From sequence record MK327931.1: a stretch of 64,000 bases of DNA. One strand, 5' to 3'. Origin of the DNA: Escherichia phage vB_EcoM_G17. Shown in pieces: positions 1 to 9,513 of this stretch. The position numbers and the translations under genes were made by a program. The notes under the pieces were generated by a model, which saw only the letters and a list, made by a program, of their open reading frames with translations, did not search any database and had not been told where the DNA came from. The number at the start of each line of letters is the position of its first letter. Position 1 is the first letter of the stretch.

Positions 1-269
1 AATTCCAGTAAATTTACACCAATCCAATCAACATCACTATCAGTACTTAATTCCAATCGTAGCTTACCGCTATGACTAACAATATCGCGGAATTTGTATA
101 TTTTATTATCACGAACTATACACAAATCATGGTAATATTCATGTAATTCATCCAAAAACTTTATCCATACCGAACGATAGATTTCACTGTAGAGATATTC
201 TCCAGCATCAACCGTAGCGTATTGGATATACAAAAATTTGTATGTGAATTGTATATCATTTAATAACAT
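1..269 (-). CDS. hypothetical protein, Family C paralog (3-prime end truncated by window edge)
   Basis: ATG at 267-269 with AAGAGG-like SD; N-terminus MLLNDIQFTYKFLY shares the IQFTYKxLYDL motif with the next three genes. Confidence 0.5.
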   Translation of the reverse strand, partial: MLLNDIQFTYKFLYIQYATVDAGEYLYSEIYRSVWIKFLDELHEYYHDLCIVRDNKIYKFRDIVSHSGKLRLELSTDSDVDWIGVNLLE

Positions 270-279
270 ATGTAACCTC

Positions 280-591
280 TTATAAATTCACCAACTTCAC
301 AACTTTAATCTCGATAAATCCCCTATCGGTTATTTCCTGAAATTGAACATGGATTATACCATTATATGATTGCACACCATAGAAATCGAATTTATCATTT
401 CCATCGATAAAAGTACTGTAATTCTTTTTTATATATTCACCTACTGAATCTAAGTACTCAATATATAAATCAATAAATGGTTGTTCTTTGGATCGGTTAT
501 GTGAACCTATGTTGTTACTAACAAGGTATACATCATACAAATCATATAGGATCTTATAAGTGAATTGTATATCATTTAAATTTAATCCCAA
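280..591 (-). CDS. hypothetical protein, Family C paralog
   Basis: ORF track; motif DIQFTYKILYDL; tandem paralogs. Confidence 0.6.
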   Translation of the reverse strand: MGLNLNDIQFTYKILYDLYDVYLVSNNIGSHNRSKEQPFIDLYIEYLDSVGEYIKKNYSTFIDGNDKFDFYGVQSYNGIIHVQFQEITDRGFIEIKVVKLVNL

Positions 592-848
592 GGGAATATC
601 TCCAACGGAATACTGGTAAATCCAAAATCAGTGTAGTACTGAACCTCAACTTTACCATCACGTCTAATGATTATATCAGAAAATTCTGCATGGTCATCAC
701 CAATAATAACAGTACTGAATTTTTTTTTAATCTTACCACGAATCGTATGAATCATTTCAGTGCATGTGTCTTCTAGACTAGGGCTATCATTGTCGTGTGC
801 TAAATCTCGAATAATCTTGTATGTTAGTAGGAAATCTTTATAATTCAT
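582..848 (-). CDS. hypothetical protein, Family C paralog
   Basis: ORF track; motif FLLTYKIIRDL; start overlaps upstream stop. Confidence 0.6.
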   Translation of the reverse strand: MNYKDFLLTYKIIRDLAHDNDSPSLEDTCTEMIHTIRGKIKKKFSTVIIGDDHAEFSDIIIRRDGKVEVQYYTDFGFTSIPLEIFPWD

Positions 849-1120
849 ATGTCCACCAAATCTATACTATATCTTTCATTAGTATTACTATCTATAAATG
901 ATAGTACTAATTTACCACCAAAACTATTAACTTGTTCTATCTTCTGTTTTTTACCACGAATGATTATCTCACTATTAACAAAATATTCACGTATCATTAT
1001 TAAGTGATTAATCCAGATAGTATGAGTGAATGTGTTTTCTCGTATTGTATTGAGATATCTTCCATTGTGATGTAAATCAAACAAAACACTGTATGTATAT
1101 TGTAGAACTTTATAATTCAT
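845..1120 (-). CDS. hypothetical protein, Family C paralog
   Basis: ORF track; motif LQYTYSVLFDL; ATGA overlap with neighbour. Confidence 0.6.
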   Translation of the reverse strand: MNYKVLQYTYSVLFDLHHNGRYLNTIRENTFTHTIWINHLIMIREYFVNSEIIIRGKKQKIEQVNSFGGKLVLSFIDSNTNERYSIDLVDI

Positions 1121-1166
1121 ATATCCCCTTACAAAAATAGCCCGAACTTATGTCGGGCTATGTACA

Positions 1167-1853
1167 TTATTCATCGTCGTCATCGTCATCTAGATCGATA
1201 TAGATACTATCATCACCATCATCAAAGTACTCCACAATAACTCCTGGAATATTAAGGGCAGTAAACATTGCATCATATTTCTCATCAGATGGAATCAAAA
1301 CAAATTCGTCAATGTTTTGAACTTCTGGCATTTTATCTTCGGGGATACCCATATCAACAAGTGACTGAATAATCTTTTCTTTGAATTCTAAAAACTTCTC
1401 TTCAGATTCAAAATCCATAATAAGCTGTGCAACATATCCTTCATCGTTACCGAATGAAATTGACATTTGTGCATCAGTACCGACATAGCACCAAACACGT
1501 TTACCTGTGTGCTGCTCAATAAAGTTTTGAATCTGTAACACAATGTCATGGCGAGAACTGTTAGCAATGTTGTTAAGATTTTCTACACCAGCATTAATTC
1601 CAGTACTGTCATTTGTTTCTTCAAATTCACCATAATCACCCAATACATACTGTACACCTTCATGATGTAATGCATATGCATAGTCAAGGTCAGCGAGTGA
1701 ATCGCACTTTCCACGGATCGGACGTAGGGAAAGACCTAAGCGAAGATAACGGAAGTATGTATTAGTATTTGTATTTGTCAACGTAATGCTCCTTAACAAT
1801 ATAAAAGTAGTTGCTGTTATTGTCAAAAAAGATAACCATCCCTTTATAGACAT
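1167..1853 (-). CDS. hypothetical protein with poly-Asp C-terminal tail
   Basis: ORF track; C-terminus DLDDDDDDE; N-terminal part low complexity so true start may be internal. Confidence 0.5.
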   Translation of the reverse strand: MSIKGWLSFLTITATTFILLRSITLTNTNTNTYFRYLRLGLSLRPIRGKCDSLADLDYAYALHHEGVQYVLGDYGEFEETNDSTGINAGVENLNNIANSSRHDIVLQIQNFIEQHTGKRVWCYVGTDAQMSISFGNDEGYVAQLIMDFESEEKFLEFKEKIIQSLVDMGIPEDKMPEVQNIDEFVLIPSDEKYDAMFTALNIPGVIVEYFDDGDDSIYIDLDDDDDDE

Positions 1854-2061
1854 TTACACCAATTTTGATTTCACATATGTTATTTGATTTACTCGCTTCA
1901 GTCAATAACATTTTGTGCTCTTTACTGAAAGTGTGGAACAGTGGTTTGACATGCCACATTTCGATACCATCCAGTACTGAAAATTTTTCACTAAATTTAA
2001 TCATTGATTCTTGTAAAAAATATCCTGTAAGATTTATTTCATCACACATGCAAGTTTCCAA
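1762..2061 (-). CDS. hypothetical protein
   Basis: ORF track; overlaps 1167..1853 by about 90 nt, boundaries uncertain. Confidence 0.4.
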   Translation of the reverse strand: METCMCDEINLTGYFLQESMIKFSEKFSVLDGIEMWHVKPLFHTFSKEHKMLLTEASKSNNICEIKIGVNVYKGMVIFFDNNSNYFYIVKEHYVDKYKY

Positions 2062-2335
2062 GAAAATTAATCACATCTGCATGTGATAATGTATCATTAC
2101 CTTCTAGTACATTAATGATAAACGGCACTTGACGATATAGTTCAGCCAGGAATTGTACCTCATCAGATGTGTAAGAATATCCCATAGGAACAACCTGTGC
2201 AGTCCAGTTTCCTAGAGTTTTGTTAGCAATAATTGCAACTACAGTATTACCTTTGTATTCAACATGGATGGAACGAAATCCTGATTGCTCATTTTGATCC
2301 CAAAGTACTGGATTGGTTTTGAACAGTACTGACAT
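2042..2335 (-). CDS. hypothetical protein
   Basis: ORF track; tiled in leftward operon. Confidence 0.55.
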   Translation of the reverse strand: MSVLFKTNPVLWDQNEQSGFRSIHVEYKGNTVVAIIANKTLGNWTAQVVPMGYSYTSDEVQFLAELYRQVPFIINVLEGNDTLSHADVINFLGNLHV

Positions 2336-2337
2336 AA

Positions 2338-2871
2338 TTATTTCCTCATGTATTTTATAACGTCTTCAAATAATTGTATTTTTAAGTCCTCGTCATTTCC
2401 AGGTAAAAACTCACGAAAACTATCAAAATCTTCATTTTTTGCGAAGTTACGCATTTGTGTTGAGCTATATTGACTTACATTACGGTCAATACCTGCCTGA
2501 ATTGCTTTTATACTACAAAAATTATACAACTTACCATTGTACATGTCAAGAGTTTTTTGAAAAGAATCAATACGGTCAGAACCACAAATGAAAAGAACAT
2601 CTAAGTACTTTCCATCCAGTTCTCTCATTATATCAAATAGATTGTCTTCTGTGTAGATGTTCTCTTGCACTGAAGGATAGAATCCCTCTGTATAATACAT
2701 TTTTAGTTCAGGTGGGAGTGGGTTTTTTATATTGTCAGTACTGGTGCTTAGATATATTTTTAAATCAGCATTGTACTGTTCTTGTAATGTTTTGGCCTTT
2801 TCAAAAACTAAACCATGTCCACGATGTACAGGATTAATACGACCAAACGTTAATACACATGTTTCTTTCAT
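2338..2871 (-). CDS. nucleotidyltransferase, NMN/NaMN adenylyltransferase-like
   Basis: N-terminal FGRINPVHRGH (GxFxPxHxGH nucleotidyltransferase signature) and C-terminal YSSTQMR (ISSTxxR-type motif); 177 aa. Confidence 0.7.
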   Translation of the reverse strand: MKETCVLTFGRINPVHRGHGLVFEKAKTLQEQYNADLKIYLSTSTDNIKNPLPPELKMYYTEGFYPSVQENIYTEDNLFDIMRELDGKYLDVLFICGSDRIDSFQKTLDMYNGKLYNFCSIKAIQAGIDRNVSQYSSTQMRNFAKNEDFDSFREFLPGNDEDLKIQLFEDVIKYMRK

Positions 2872-3389
2872 AAATTCTTCATCACCAATCCGAGAGATTT
2901 AAGATAATTAATTTTAGCAGTGGTTAAGTACTTATCCAGTACTATCAGACACGAAGGAAATGGTGCTGAATCTGTTTTCTTATCGGGTTCTTCTGGTATA
3001 CCAAATCGTAATCTTCCCTTAATAAAACAAATACAATCACATATTTTAGCAGCATAATCCTGAAAAGCAATTGTGTCGGTTCTTGAGGGTACAAGAATAA
3101 CTACAGTTGCCCCGTTATTATATGCATCTACTGCTTTAGATAACCAAGTTTTCAAATCACTGTATGGTGGATTCAACCAAACTATATTATTTCCCCAATC
3201 CTGTGATAGTGAATCATCTTCTGGAGTGAAAAAATTATCACACAATGCAGTCTCATCAACACAAGCAGCATCAAGTGTAAATCCCCATAACTCATCCAAA
3301 TCTTCAAAGAAATCTTTGGGAGTTGTCCAGTTATCTTTTCCAGTACTGAAATGTACTGAATGTTTTTTCGAAGCATCCTTCTTCGACAT
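2868..3389 (-). CDS. DNA N6-adenine methyltransferase (phage Dam family)
   Basis: NPPY catalytic motif (WLNPPYSD); N-terminal WTTPKDFF..LDAAC region typical of phage N6A methylases; ATGA overlap with upstream gene. Confidence 0.75.
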   Translation of the reverse strand: MSKKDASKKHSVHFSTGKDNWTTPKDFFEDLDELWGFTLDAACVDETALCDNFFTPEDDSLSQDWGNNIVWLNPPYSDLKTWLSKAVDAYNNGATVVILVPSRTDTIAFQDYAAKICDCICFIKGRLRFGIPEEPDKKTDSAPFPSCLIVLDKYLTTAKINYLKSLGLVMKNL

Positions 3390-3405
3390 TATATAATTCC
3401 TTTTG

Positions 3406-3948
3406 TTAGAGACAGTTGTGTACTATCTTATCAAAAGTACTACTGTCAATGTTATATTCATATAAAAATTTAAAATGTGAACCGTAACGCATCATCAGAT
3501 TAAACTCTTCTTCAGTATTGAACTTGTAATCATGAATAGTCTCAGGGGTACATTTTAAACCCAAGAACTCTATAATTTCAGATGTTACATCATATCCTGA
3601 ATTGAAGTATTTAACCCAAACACATTTTCCTTGTGGGTTGTATTTTCTATATTCTCCTTCTAGTTCTCCTTTAATAATATGAGCCTTAACACTTATTGAA
3701 TTATTACTATATCTTTCTTCAAAATAATTACCATACTGGGCTTTTGATATTGTTGGTTTTTGAGTAGGAAGTAATTTAACTGAAGTTACTTCAATTCCAT
3801 TTTGTAATTCCTTTATATAAGAAATGCATCCTTTTTCTTTAATAACCACATATCCAGTAAAGATATCTTCGTCTTGTGATTGATTAATGCAATCATCAAA
3901 ATTCAAAGTTTTATAAGTAACAGTTTTTTCTTTTCTAATAAATGCCAT
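3406..3948 (-). CDS. hypothetical protein
   Basis: ORF track 3406..4026 trimmed to ATG (MAFIRKEK) with AGGA SD. Confidence 0.5.
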   Translation of the reverse strand: MAFIRKEKTVTYKTLNFDDCINQSQDEDIFTGYVVIKEKGCISYIKELQNGIEVTSVKLLPTQKPTISKAQYGNYFEERYSNNSISVKAHIIKGELEGEYRKYNPQGKCVWVKYFNSGYDVTSEIIEFLGLKCTPETIHDYKFNTEEEFNLMMRYGSHFKFLYEYNIDSSTFDKIVHNCL

Positions 3949-4567
3949 CATTATTCCTATGGAAACATCAATGAATATACGTGACGTTGATTGCATCAAC
4001 ATCAGTAGAATTATCATGCTACGCATGTCTAATTCTACACAAGTACTATTTTCTTTTAATTAATATTGACGGGGTTTGCTTGAGCATATTTCATCCCCCC
4101 GCAGGGGAAAGAACAAAAAAATTTGACGCTGGTGGCCTTCACATAGTTCATATCACGAATTCTCTTACGAGACGAAAGCGGGTTGCTCTGTTTCTCTCTA
4201 TCGCGGTTCTTGTAGCAACGGTCGTCGGTCTTAAACATCCCGACACATAATACAAATACCATATGACCAGTACTTGTATTTGATTTCACAAAATTTGGAC
4301 GCAACTATATTGTATAATTCCGACCGCATATTTCTTATGAAATCTCCCTTAGATAATTGGTAAGGTGCGATCCTTATATGTCTATCGAGGAACTCTCTTT
4401 ATCCTATTGGAGTTCTTTATACAGCCGCATTGCCGTGAGTGGTTCAAACTATGCCATCATCTAACGGGTTTCATCTGCTGTTCGTACTGAAAGGACTACT
4501 CATCTACCCTCTACATTTTCGAGTGGATTAGGCTTTTAATCATTTCCTTATGGGAACCTTTCAGGAT

Positions 4568-4602
4568 TAAAAAAAGGTGACTAACATATTATGTTGTCAC
4601 CT
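4568..4602 (-). terminator. rho-independent terminator closing the leftward gene array
   Basis: Hairpin GGTGACAACAT/ATGTTAGTCACC at 4576-4601 followed on minus strand by U-run; directly after stop of 4632..5486. Confidence 0.7.
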
Positions 4603-4631
4603 TATATTATATCATTAACTTATCATTTGTC

Positions 4632-5486
4632 TCAGTTATATTCGGTTTTTTCTGTGAAATTTGTTAGTATATCAACACTAAAACTTCGAATAACCTCAAT
4701 CCTGCTTGGCATGAAACGATGTTTATTTTTAATATACAACTCATCATCTTCAATAAAAGACGTAAAAATAAATGTCATATCTTCACGTGGAATTTGTAAA
4801 ATATCACACATTTCATTTGCCGATGCTACTGGTGAATCGTTGTAGTACTGAGAGTATGCACTAGATTGGCGACCGATTATAATAGAATTTCTGATTAGAA
4901 AATTACTACAGTACTGAAAATCTTTGTAGTACTTTTCAATAATGTAAGGCATAAGTGCTTCTTTCACGTCTTCATAACCATTAGTACTATCAATTGCTAT
5001 ACAGTAATCTTCACGTTCTTTTTTCTCATGATGGTAATCATAAACATACTCAAAGAATGAATTTTTATTTAATGAATCATTTAAACCAACTGACCCACTA
5101 TAGTATGATTTTCTATCATTCATTCGATCATCTGGGCATGATGCATACATAGAAGTGTCATGTGATGATGTACCAATATAAATTTTCTTAGTAATATGAT
5201 TATACGCTATGTAATCATAATCTTGAACTCCAGTCAGCATTAACTGGAACATTAAATCATCAGGAACATCAATTAACGGGTACTCAAACTTCGAATATCT
5301 ACTGCGGCAGAAGTTCTTTTCAAATGCTCGGTATGCGATAAAATCTTTTAGATTTTTACAAGATTCATGTTCATGAGCACTACTGCTACGTACATTGACA
5401 TTAGTCGATGTGCAATATCCATCCGAATCTTCGGTGAAGTTACCAGCATAATCCTTATTGTAGTCAACGATTAGATAAAGTTTCAT
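4632..5486 (-). CDS. hypothetical protein, divergent FamA-like
   Basis: ORF track; 284 aa; contains DDLMFQLMLTG resembling FamA core. Confidence 0.6.
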   Translation of the reverse strand: MKLYLIVDYNKDYAGNFTEDSDGYCTSTNVNVRSSSAHEHESCKNLKDFIAYRAFEKNFCRSRYSKFEYPLIDVPDDLMFQLMLTGVQDYDYIAYNHITKKIYIGTSSHDTSMYASCPDDRMNDRKSYYSGSVGLNDSLNKNSFFEYVYDYHHEKKEREDYCIAIDSTNGYEDVKEALMPYIIEKYYKDFQYCSNFLIRNSIIIGRQSSAYSQYYNDSPVASANEMCDILQIPREDMTFIFTSFIEDDELYIKNKHRFMPSRIEVIRSFSVDILTNFTEKTEYN

Positions 5487-5497
5487 ACATCTCCAGA

Positions 5498-5532
5498 CAA
5501 AAAAAAGGACGAGATAACAAATCCCGTCCTTT
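5498..5532 (-). terminator. intra-array rho-independent terminator
   Basis: Hairpin AAGGACG..CGTCCTT at 5505-5531 with U-run on minus strand, between 5539..5844 and 4632..5486. Confidence 0.6.
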
Positions 5533-5538
5533 GGTTTA

Positions 5539-5844
5539 TTAGTGACTTGCCCAGCAGTAAACAGGACGTAGATTTTCCATTGGATTTACTTCAGGCTTCA
5601 GTACTGTTACACGTACTTCATATGGAGTTCCATCTGCGTGATGGAATGTTTCATAATGAATACTTTCAATAAATGTTTCGTATTCTTCTTGTGAACGTGA
5701 ACGTACTGATGATGAATATTTCTTTTTAGAATCTGCTTTAAGTGTAACACTAACTAGTTCTGATTCCTCACCTTCTTCAAGTTTGTTGAAATCGAACTCT
5801 GGTACACCTTCAAACATATCAAATTTCATTCCATTGTCTTCCAT
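5539..5844 (-). CDS. hypothetical protein
   Basis: ORF track; AAAGGA SD upstream. Confidence 0.6.
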   Translation of the reverse strand: MEDNGMKFDMFEGVPEFDFNKLEEGEESELVSVTLKADSKKKYSSSVRSRSQEEYETFIESIHYETFHHADGTPYEVRVTVLKPEVNPMENLRPVYCWASH

Positions 5845-5893
5845 TTTTAAATTCCTTTTATATAATGTTAATTAGATATTTTTAATAAGCAGA

Positions 5894-6280
5894 TTAGATT
5901 GTGTCATACTGTAGTGTTCCGTGACGGAATTTTTCAAGTCGTGCTAGAACTTCTTTTCGTTCAACAATTTCTGGAACATCTTCTTGTAGTTGATCACAAA
6001 CTTCAACAATGAAGTCCCAATCACTCTCACAACTTTGTCGTACCGCCTCAATTGTTTTCCAATCAGTACTGATATCACCATCAGCATTTTGATATACAGG
6101 CCAAACTTTTCCATAATCAGCAATGGATTTGTCATTTAGAATACGAATGGCATTGAAAATCTGACCAGTACTGAAGTGTTTTGTATTCTTCATATCTTCT
6201 AAACAGCATAGCTTTGGCTCACCTTTTACTTCAATGAGTAAAACACCACCAATTGCTTTTAGGACTGAACTTGTATTCAT
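5894..6280 (-). CDS. hypothetical protein
   Basis: ORF track; GGAGA SD upstream. Confidence 0.6.
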   Translation of the reverse strand: MNTSSVLKAIGGVLLIEVKGEPKLCCLEDMKNTKHFSTGQIFNAIRILNDKSIADYGKVWPVYQNADGDISTDWKTIEAVRQSCESDWDFIVEVCDQLQEDVPEIVERKEVLARLEKFRHGTLQYDTI

Positions 6281-6295
6281 CTATATCTCCGTTAT

Positions 6296-6350
6296 CAAAA
6301 AAAAGATGTGAACATTATATCACAAGAATCTAATATGTTCACATTATTTT
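6296..6350. terminator. bidirectional hairpin terminator
   Basis: 10-bp stem ATGTGAACAT/ATGTTCACAT at 6306-6344 flanked by A-run and T-run. Confidence 0.55.
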
Positions 6351-6352
6351 CA

Positions 6353-6646
6353 TTAGATTTTAATAATATTGTACCAGTTATCAAAATCCTCAATTGCTAG
6401 AATGAACATATTTTCATCATTGAAATCTAAAATATGTTCATTGTATAGGTAACTAATGTACTTGTTTTTGCATAGTCTAGCATTCATTAGTAACATTTCT
6501 ACTGCACGTTCATAAGAACAAGGAACAAGGTATAACTTAGTACCATCTTGGTGAATAATTTCCTCAGCACCATGTGGTATAAAACGTTCTGCTGTATGTG
6601 GAATATACGGCTTAGTTTTAAAAATAATTTTGAATTTAGTATCCAT
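6353..6646 (-). CDS. hypothetical protein
   Basis: ORF track. Confidence 0.6.
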   Translation of the reverse strand: MDTKFKIIFKTKPYIPHTAERFIPHGAEEIIHQDGTKLYLVPCSYERAVEMLLMNARLCKNKYISYLYNEHILDFNDENMFILAIEDFDNWYNIIKI

Positions 6647-6662
6647 ACCAAATCCTCCAGAT

Positions 6663-7517
6663 TTATAATGTTTCTTTTATGTTATGTAACATAGTATTAA
6701 CTATGCACATCTTACCACCTAACTTGTAGTAATATTCTAACTTATTAATAATATTACTTTTTAATATATCAAATATTTGATATTCATTTGGATCGAAACT
6801 AAGTTCGAATTGGAATGTATATAAATTGTTAAAGAGGTGAACTAATGATGCATCTGGTGATTCCATTGTAACTGTATATTTTTCACGATAACCAGTACTA
6901 ATCACTACTTCGGATATATCACCTTTCATGTATATGTCAATATTGTACATCATTGGTCTGCCTGTGGCAATATCTTTCATGCGAAAGAATGCAGTACTAC
7001 GATATACAATGCCTTCTGAAACCTGTTCTTGTATAGTGATATTTGAAACTTCACTCTCTTGGAATTTGGACTCGAATGAATGAGTGTAATTTGTTTTTTC
7101 ATTATCCGTGTGCATAGTACATGTGTATTTTCCAAAATCATCTCTAGATGTATATGATTTATCACTGCTAGTTTTATAGAACGAAACACCATTAATATGT
7201 TGTTCTTTATACATCATCGTGTCATGGGATTTGTAGTATGAACAATTAGGTGTTGAAAGAGATTCAAACTTGTTCACGTCATGACAGTAAGAAATAGAAG
7301 AATCGCTATACATTACTACATCACGAATTGCAACTTCTTTTGTAAAACCTTTTTTGACGGAAATTTGAAAGTCATTGTATGGGAAGATTGTATATCCATC
7401 GTATGCATCTGATGTACTGATACCAAATGGTGTAGTAGAATTCAGAAATTCGTTGATATGTTCAAGTACTGAATACTTTTTAAAATTAAGAAAATCTGAA
7501 ATATCTAACATATACAA
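6663..7517 (-). CDS. hypothetical protein
   Basis: ORF track; 284 aa. Confidence 0.6.
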   Translation of the reverse strand: MYMLDISDFLNFKKYSVLEHINEFLNSTTPFGISTSDAYDGYTIFPYNDFQISVKKGFTKEVAIRDVVMYSDSSISYCHDVNKFESLSTPNCSYYKSHDTMMYKEQHINGVSFYKTSSDKSYTSRDDFGKYTCTMHTDNEKTNYTHSFESKFQESEVSNITIQEQVSEGIVYRSTAFFRMKDIATGRPMMYNIDIYMKGDISEVVISTGYREKYTVTMESPDASLVHLFNNLYTFQFELSFDPNEYQIFDILKSNIINKLEYYYKLGGKMCIVNTMLHNIKETL

Positions 7518-7540
7518 TCCTCATAAATTTAGACAAAAAA

Positions 7541-7672
7541 TTAGTCGAGAATAAATCTCGACTTGTGTTTTACTTTACCATTTTTCATTTCTTTTTTACG
7601 ATCCACATGTGTCTGAGGCTTGTTAAACTCATTCATGTGTTTCTGTACGAAATTGTTTACTTTCTTAGCCAT
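7541..7672 (-). CDS. hypothetical small basic protein (43 aa)
   Basis: ATG with GGAG SD; lysine-rich; below ORF-track cutoff; 3-prime end overlaps terminator hairpin 7543-7563. Confidence 0.4.
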   Translation of the reverse strand: MAKKVNNFVQKHMNEFNKPQTHVDRKKEMKNGKVKHKSRFILD

Positions 7673-7674
7673 AC

Positions 7675-8148
7675 TTACTCCAAACTGGGATCTTTAACTG
7701 TTAGACTTTCTATGTCACTCGCATAAAGAACTACATTGGATTGATTTTCAGACACTTTAAAGTCGTGATAACTGTCTTTGACGATAAAATTATCTAATAT
7801 AAACCCTTTACTACAGCACATCATAATTTTATCATCTTTGATTGTGTAGGTGTTTTTCTTTTTACGTACTTCAGATTGTGGCGTAATACTATCGTTATTA
7901 CGAATAACACAATCAATATATTGTTCATTTGTACTCATAGGCATACCCATGATAAACGAGTTTTCAGTACTGATTGTTAGTATAAAAACGTTAGTATTTG
8001 GGTTGTGAAAAAAATCATGCATTGTCTTGCTACACAAAAATAGACATTGAATAATGTCCTTCACATTAAACATTATATCATGAACTTTGAATGCGTCCAA
8101 CTCTAAAATGTCATCAATTTTCCCATTTTCAACAGTTTTAATCTCCAT
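7675..8148 (-). CDS. hypothetical protein
   Basis: ORF track. Confidence 0.6.
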   Translation of the reverse strand: MEIKTVENGKIDDILELDAFKVHDIMFNVKDIIQCLFLCSKTMHDFFHNPNTNVFILTISTENSFIMGMPMSTNEQYIDCVIRNNDSITPQSEVRKKKNTYTIKDDKIMMCCSKGFILDNFIVKDSYHDFKVSENQSNVVLYASDIESLTVKDPSLE

Positions 8149-8190
8149 GATCTATCCTTGATCTTCTAATGCACTCCATGTGCGTTTTTA

Positions 8191-8688
8191 TTAAGTCACT
8201 GCATTATACTTCTCTATAGCATTAGTAATATTTAATATAGCTTCAGGAACCATTTCTTTATTGTATTCACGTTTTAAATTTTCCATTTTCTTAATAATTT
8301 CCAAGAAAAATGGCAAAATACATGAAGTATCTGTAAAATTACATGAGTACAAAGTACTCATTTGAAATAATTCACCTGAATCAATATTAAGAGATTTGTA
8401 TTCCTTAACAATGTTTTCGTTTGTATTGAAAATATGAAATACTGTTCCCATGTGATGAAGATATACACCATTCTCATTTTGAATATGGCATGGTGTGATT
8501 ACAATAGCAGTGTTGTCAATATTATTTACTATTGATAAACGTAGACTATGTAAACCTAAAATAACAGTACAATCACTTGAACTGCTTTGAATTTGGTCAG
8601 CAGTTTGTGTAACACTTGTAATATTTTCCCCATCAAGACAACTCTTGATTTTATCAAATGAATTTTTCATTGATTTAGTTAGATACAT
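8191..8688 (-). CDS. hypothetical protein, FamA paralog
   Basis: FamA core GELFQMSTLY. Confidence 0.65.
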   Translation of the reverse strand: MYLTKSMKNSFDKIKSCLDGENITSVTQTADQIQSSSSDCTVILGLHSLRLSIVNNIDNTAIVITPCHIQNENGVYLHHMGTVFHIFNTNENIVKEYKSLNIDSGELFQMSTLYSCNFTDTSCILPFFLEIIKKMENLKREYNKEMVPEAILNITNAIEKYNAVT

Positions 8689-9092
8689 TTATGAACACCT
8701 TCGAAATATTTGATTAATGATTTTATCATATCGCTACTAATGCCATGTAAGTCAACACCTAAACACTCGTATTGAAAAAAATCAATATCCTCCAGTGTGT
8801 TTAGATCAATTTCCACCTTATCATGACCCAACGAATTCATAATAACGTTTTTATCATTAATTGTCAAGAAAGTTTTTTTATCTGAACCTAAAAAGATTTT
8901 TACATGTTTTTTTGGCATTACATCATAAGATAAAGATTGTGAACCATAAATGTATATGCCTTCCATTGAACCAATATCTATAAAATATAGACGAATCCCT
9001 TTGTGGTATTTTGACTCCTTAGTGATCGCCTCTATTAGTTCATCTGTGGTTGTTAACCTTGTTTCTTTCTTCTCTAAATTGCTCAAATGCAT
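8679..9092 (-). CDS. hypothetical protein, FamA paralog
   Basis: FamA core IDFFQYECLG. Confidence 0.6.
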   Translation of the reverse strand: MHLSNLEKKETRLTTTDELIEAITKESKYHKGIRLYFIDIGSMEGIYIYGSQSLSYDVMPKKHVKIFLGSDKKTFLTINDKNVIMNSLGHDKVEIDLNTLEDIDFFQYECLGVDLHGISSDMIKSLIKYFEGVHKCI

Positions 9093-9513
9093 AAAATAAT
9101 ACCTTGATCATTTGTAATGTTTCTGACATTACATCAGCAGAAAATTGAACATCAGTGTATTTTACCATAGTACTTTGAGTAAAGAAAGTAGCTTCAATAT
9201 CTTCAAGGTCAAATGGTTCATCAAATAAATTAGTACTGAACATATCAGTTTTTTTCTTATAAGTCAACATAAACTTAGCACTGTATCTCAATACAATTTC
9301 ATCTTTACTTACTAAAATTCGTGCAATGTTCTGTCTACCCAGTGTTGTAATGTTAACATTAAACGTATTCTTTCGTGCCTCAACAATATCAACGAAATAA
9401 CCATCACCTTGGTAAACGTTATGACGAACTTCTAATCCTTGTTGAACTGTATTGAACAGTGCGTCCTGGATAAAATAATTTGCAGTATCGATGTTTCCTA
9501 AAATATCTAACAT
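9040..9513 (-). CDS. hypothetical protein, FamA paralog
   Basis: FamA variant core ATFFTQSTMV; start approximate (overlaps neighbour). Confidence 0.55.
   Translation of the reverse strand: MLDILGNIDTANYFIQDALFNTVQQGLEVRHNVYQGDGYFVDIVEARKNTFNVNITTLGRQNIARILVSKDEIVLRYSAKFMLTYKKKTDMFSTNLFDEPFDLEDIEATFFTQSTMVKYTDVQFSADVMSETLQMIKVLFYAFEQFREERNKVNNHR

Noticed and set aside
3986-4000. Inverted repeat GTTGAT-TGC-ATCAAC upstream of gene 3406..3948
   Set aside because: Only 6-bp arms in AT-rich DNA, so it is plausible by chance; no second copy found.
4050-4560. Possible tRNA or group I intron in the GC-richer island
   Set aside because: I could not find a T-loop with a paired stem, an acceptor stem, or conserved intron core elements by eye. 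Left as an unexplained non-coding island pending computational scanning.
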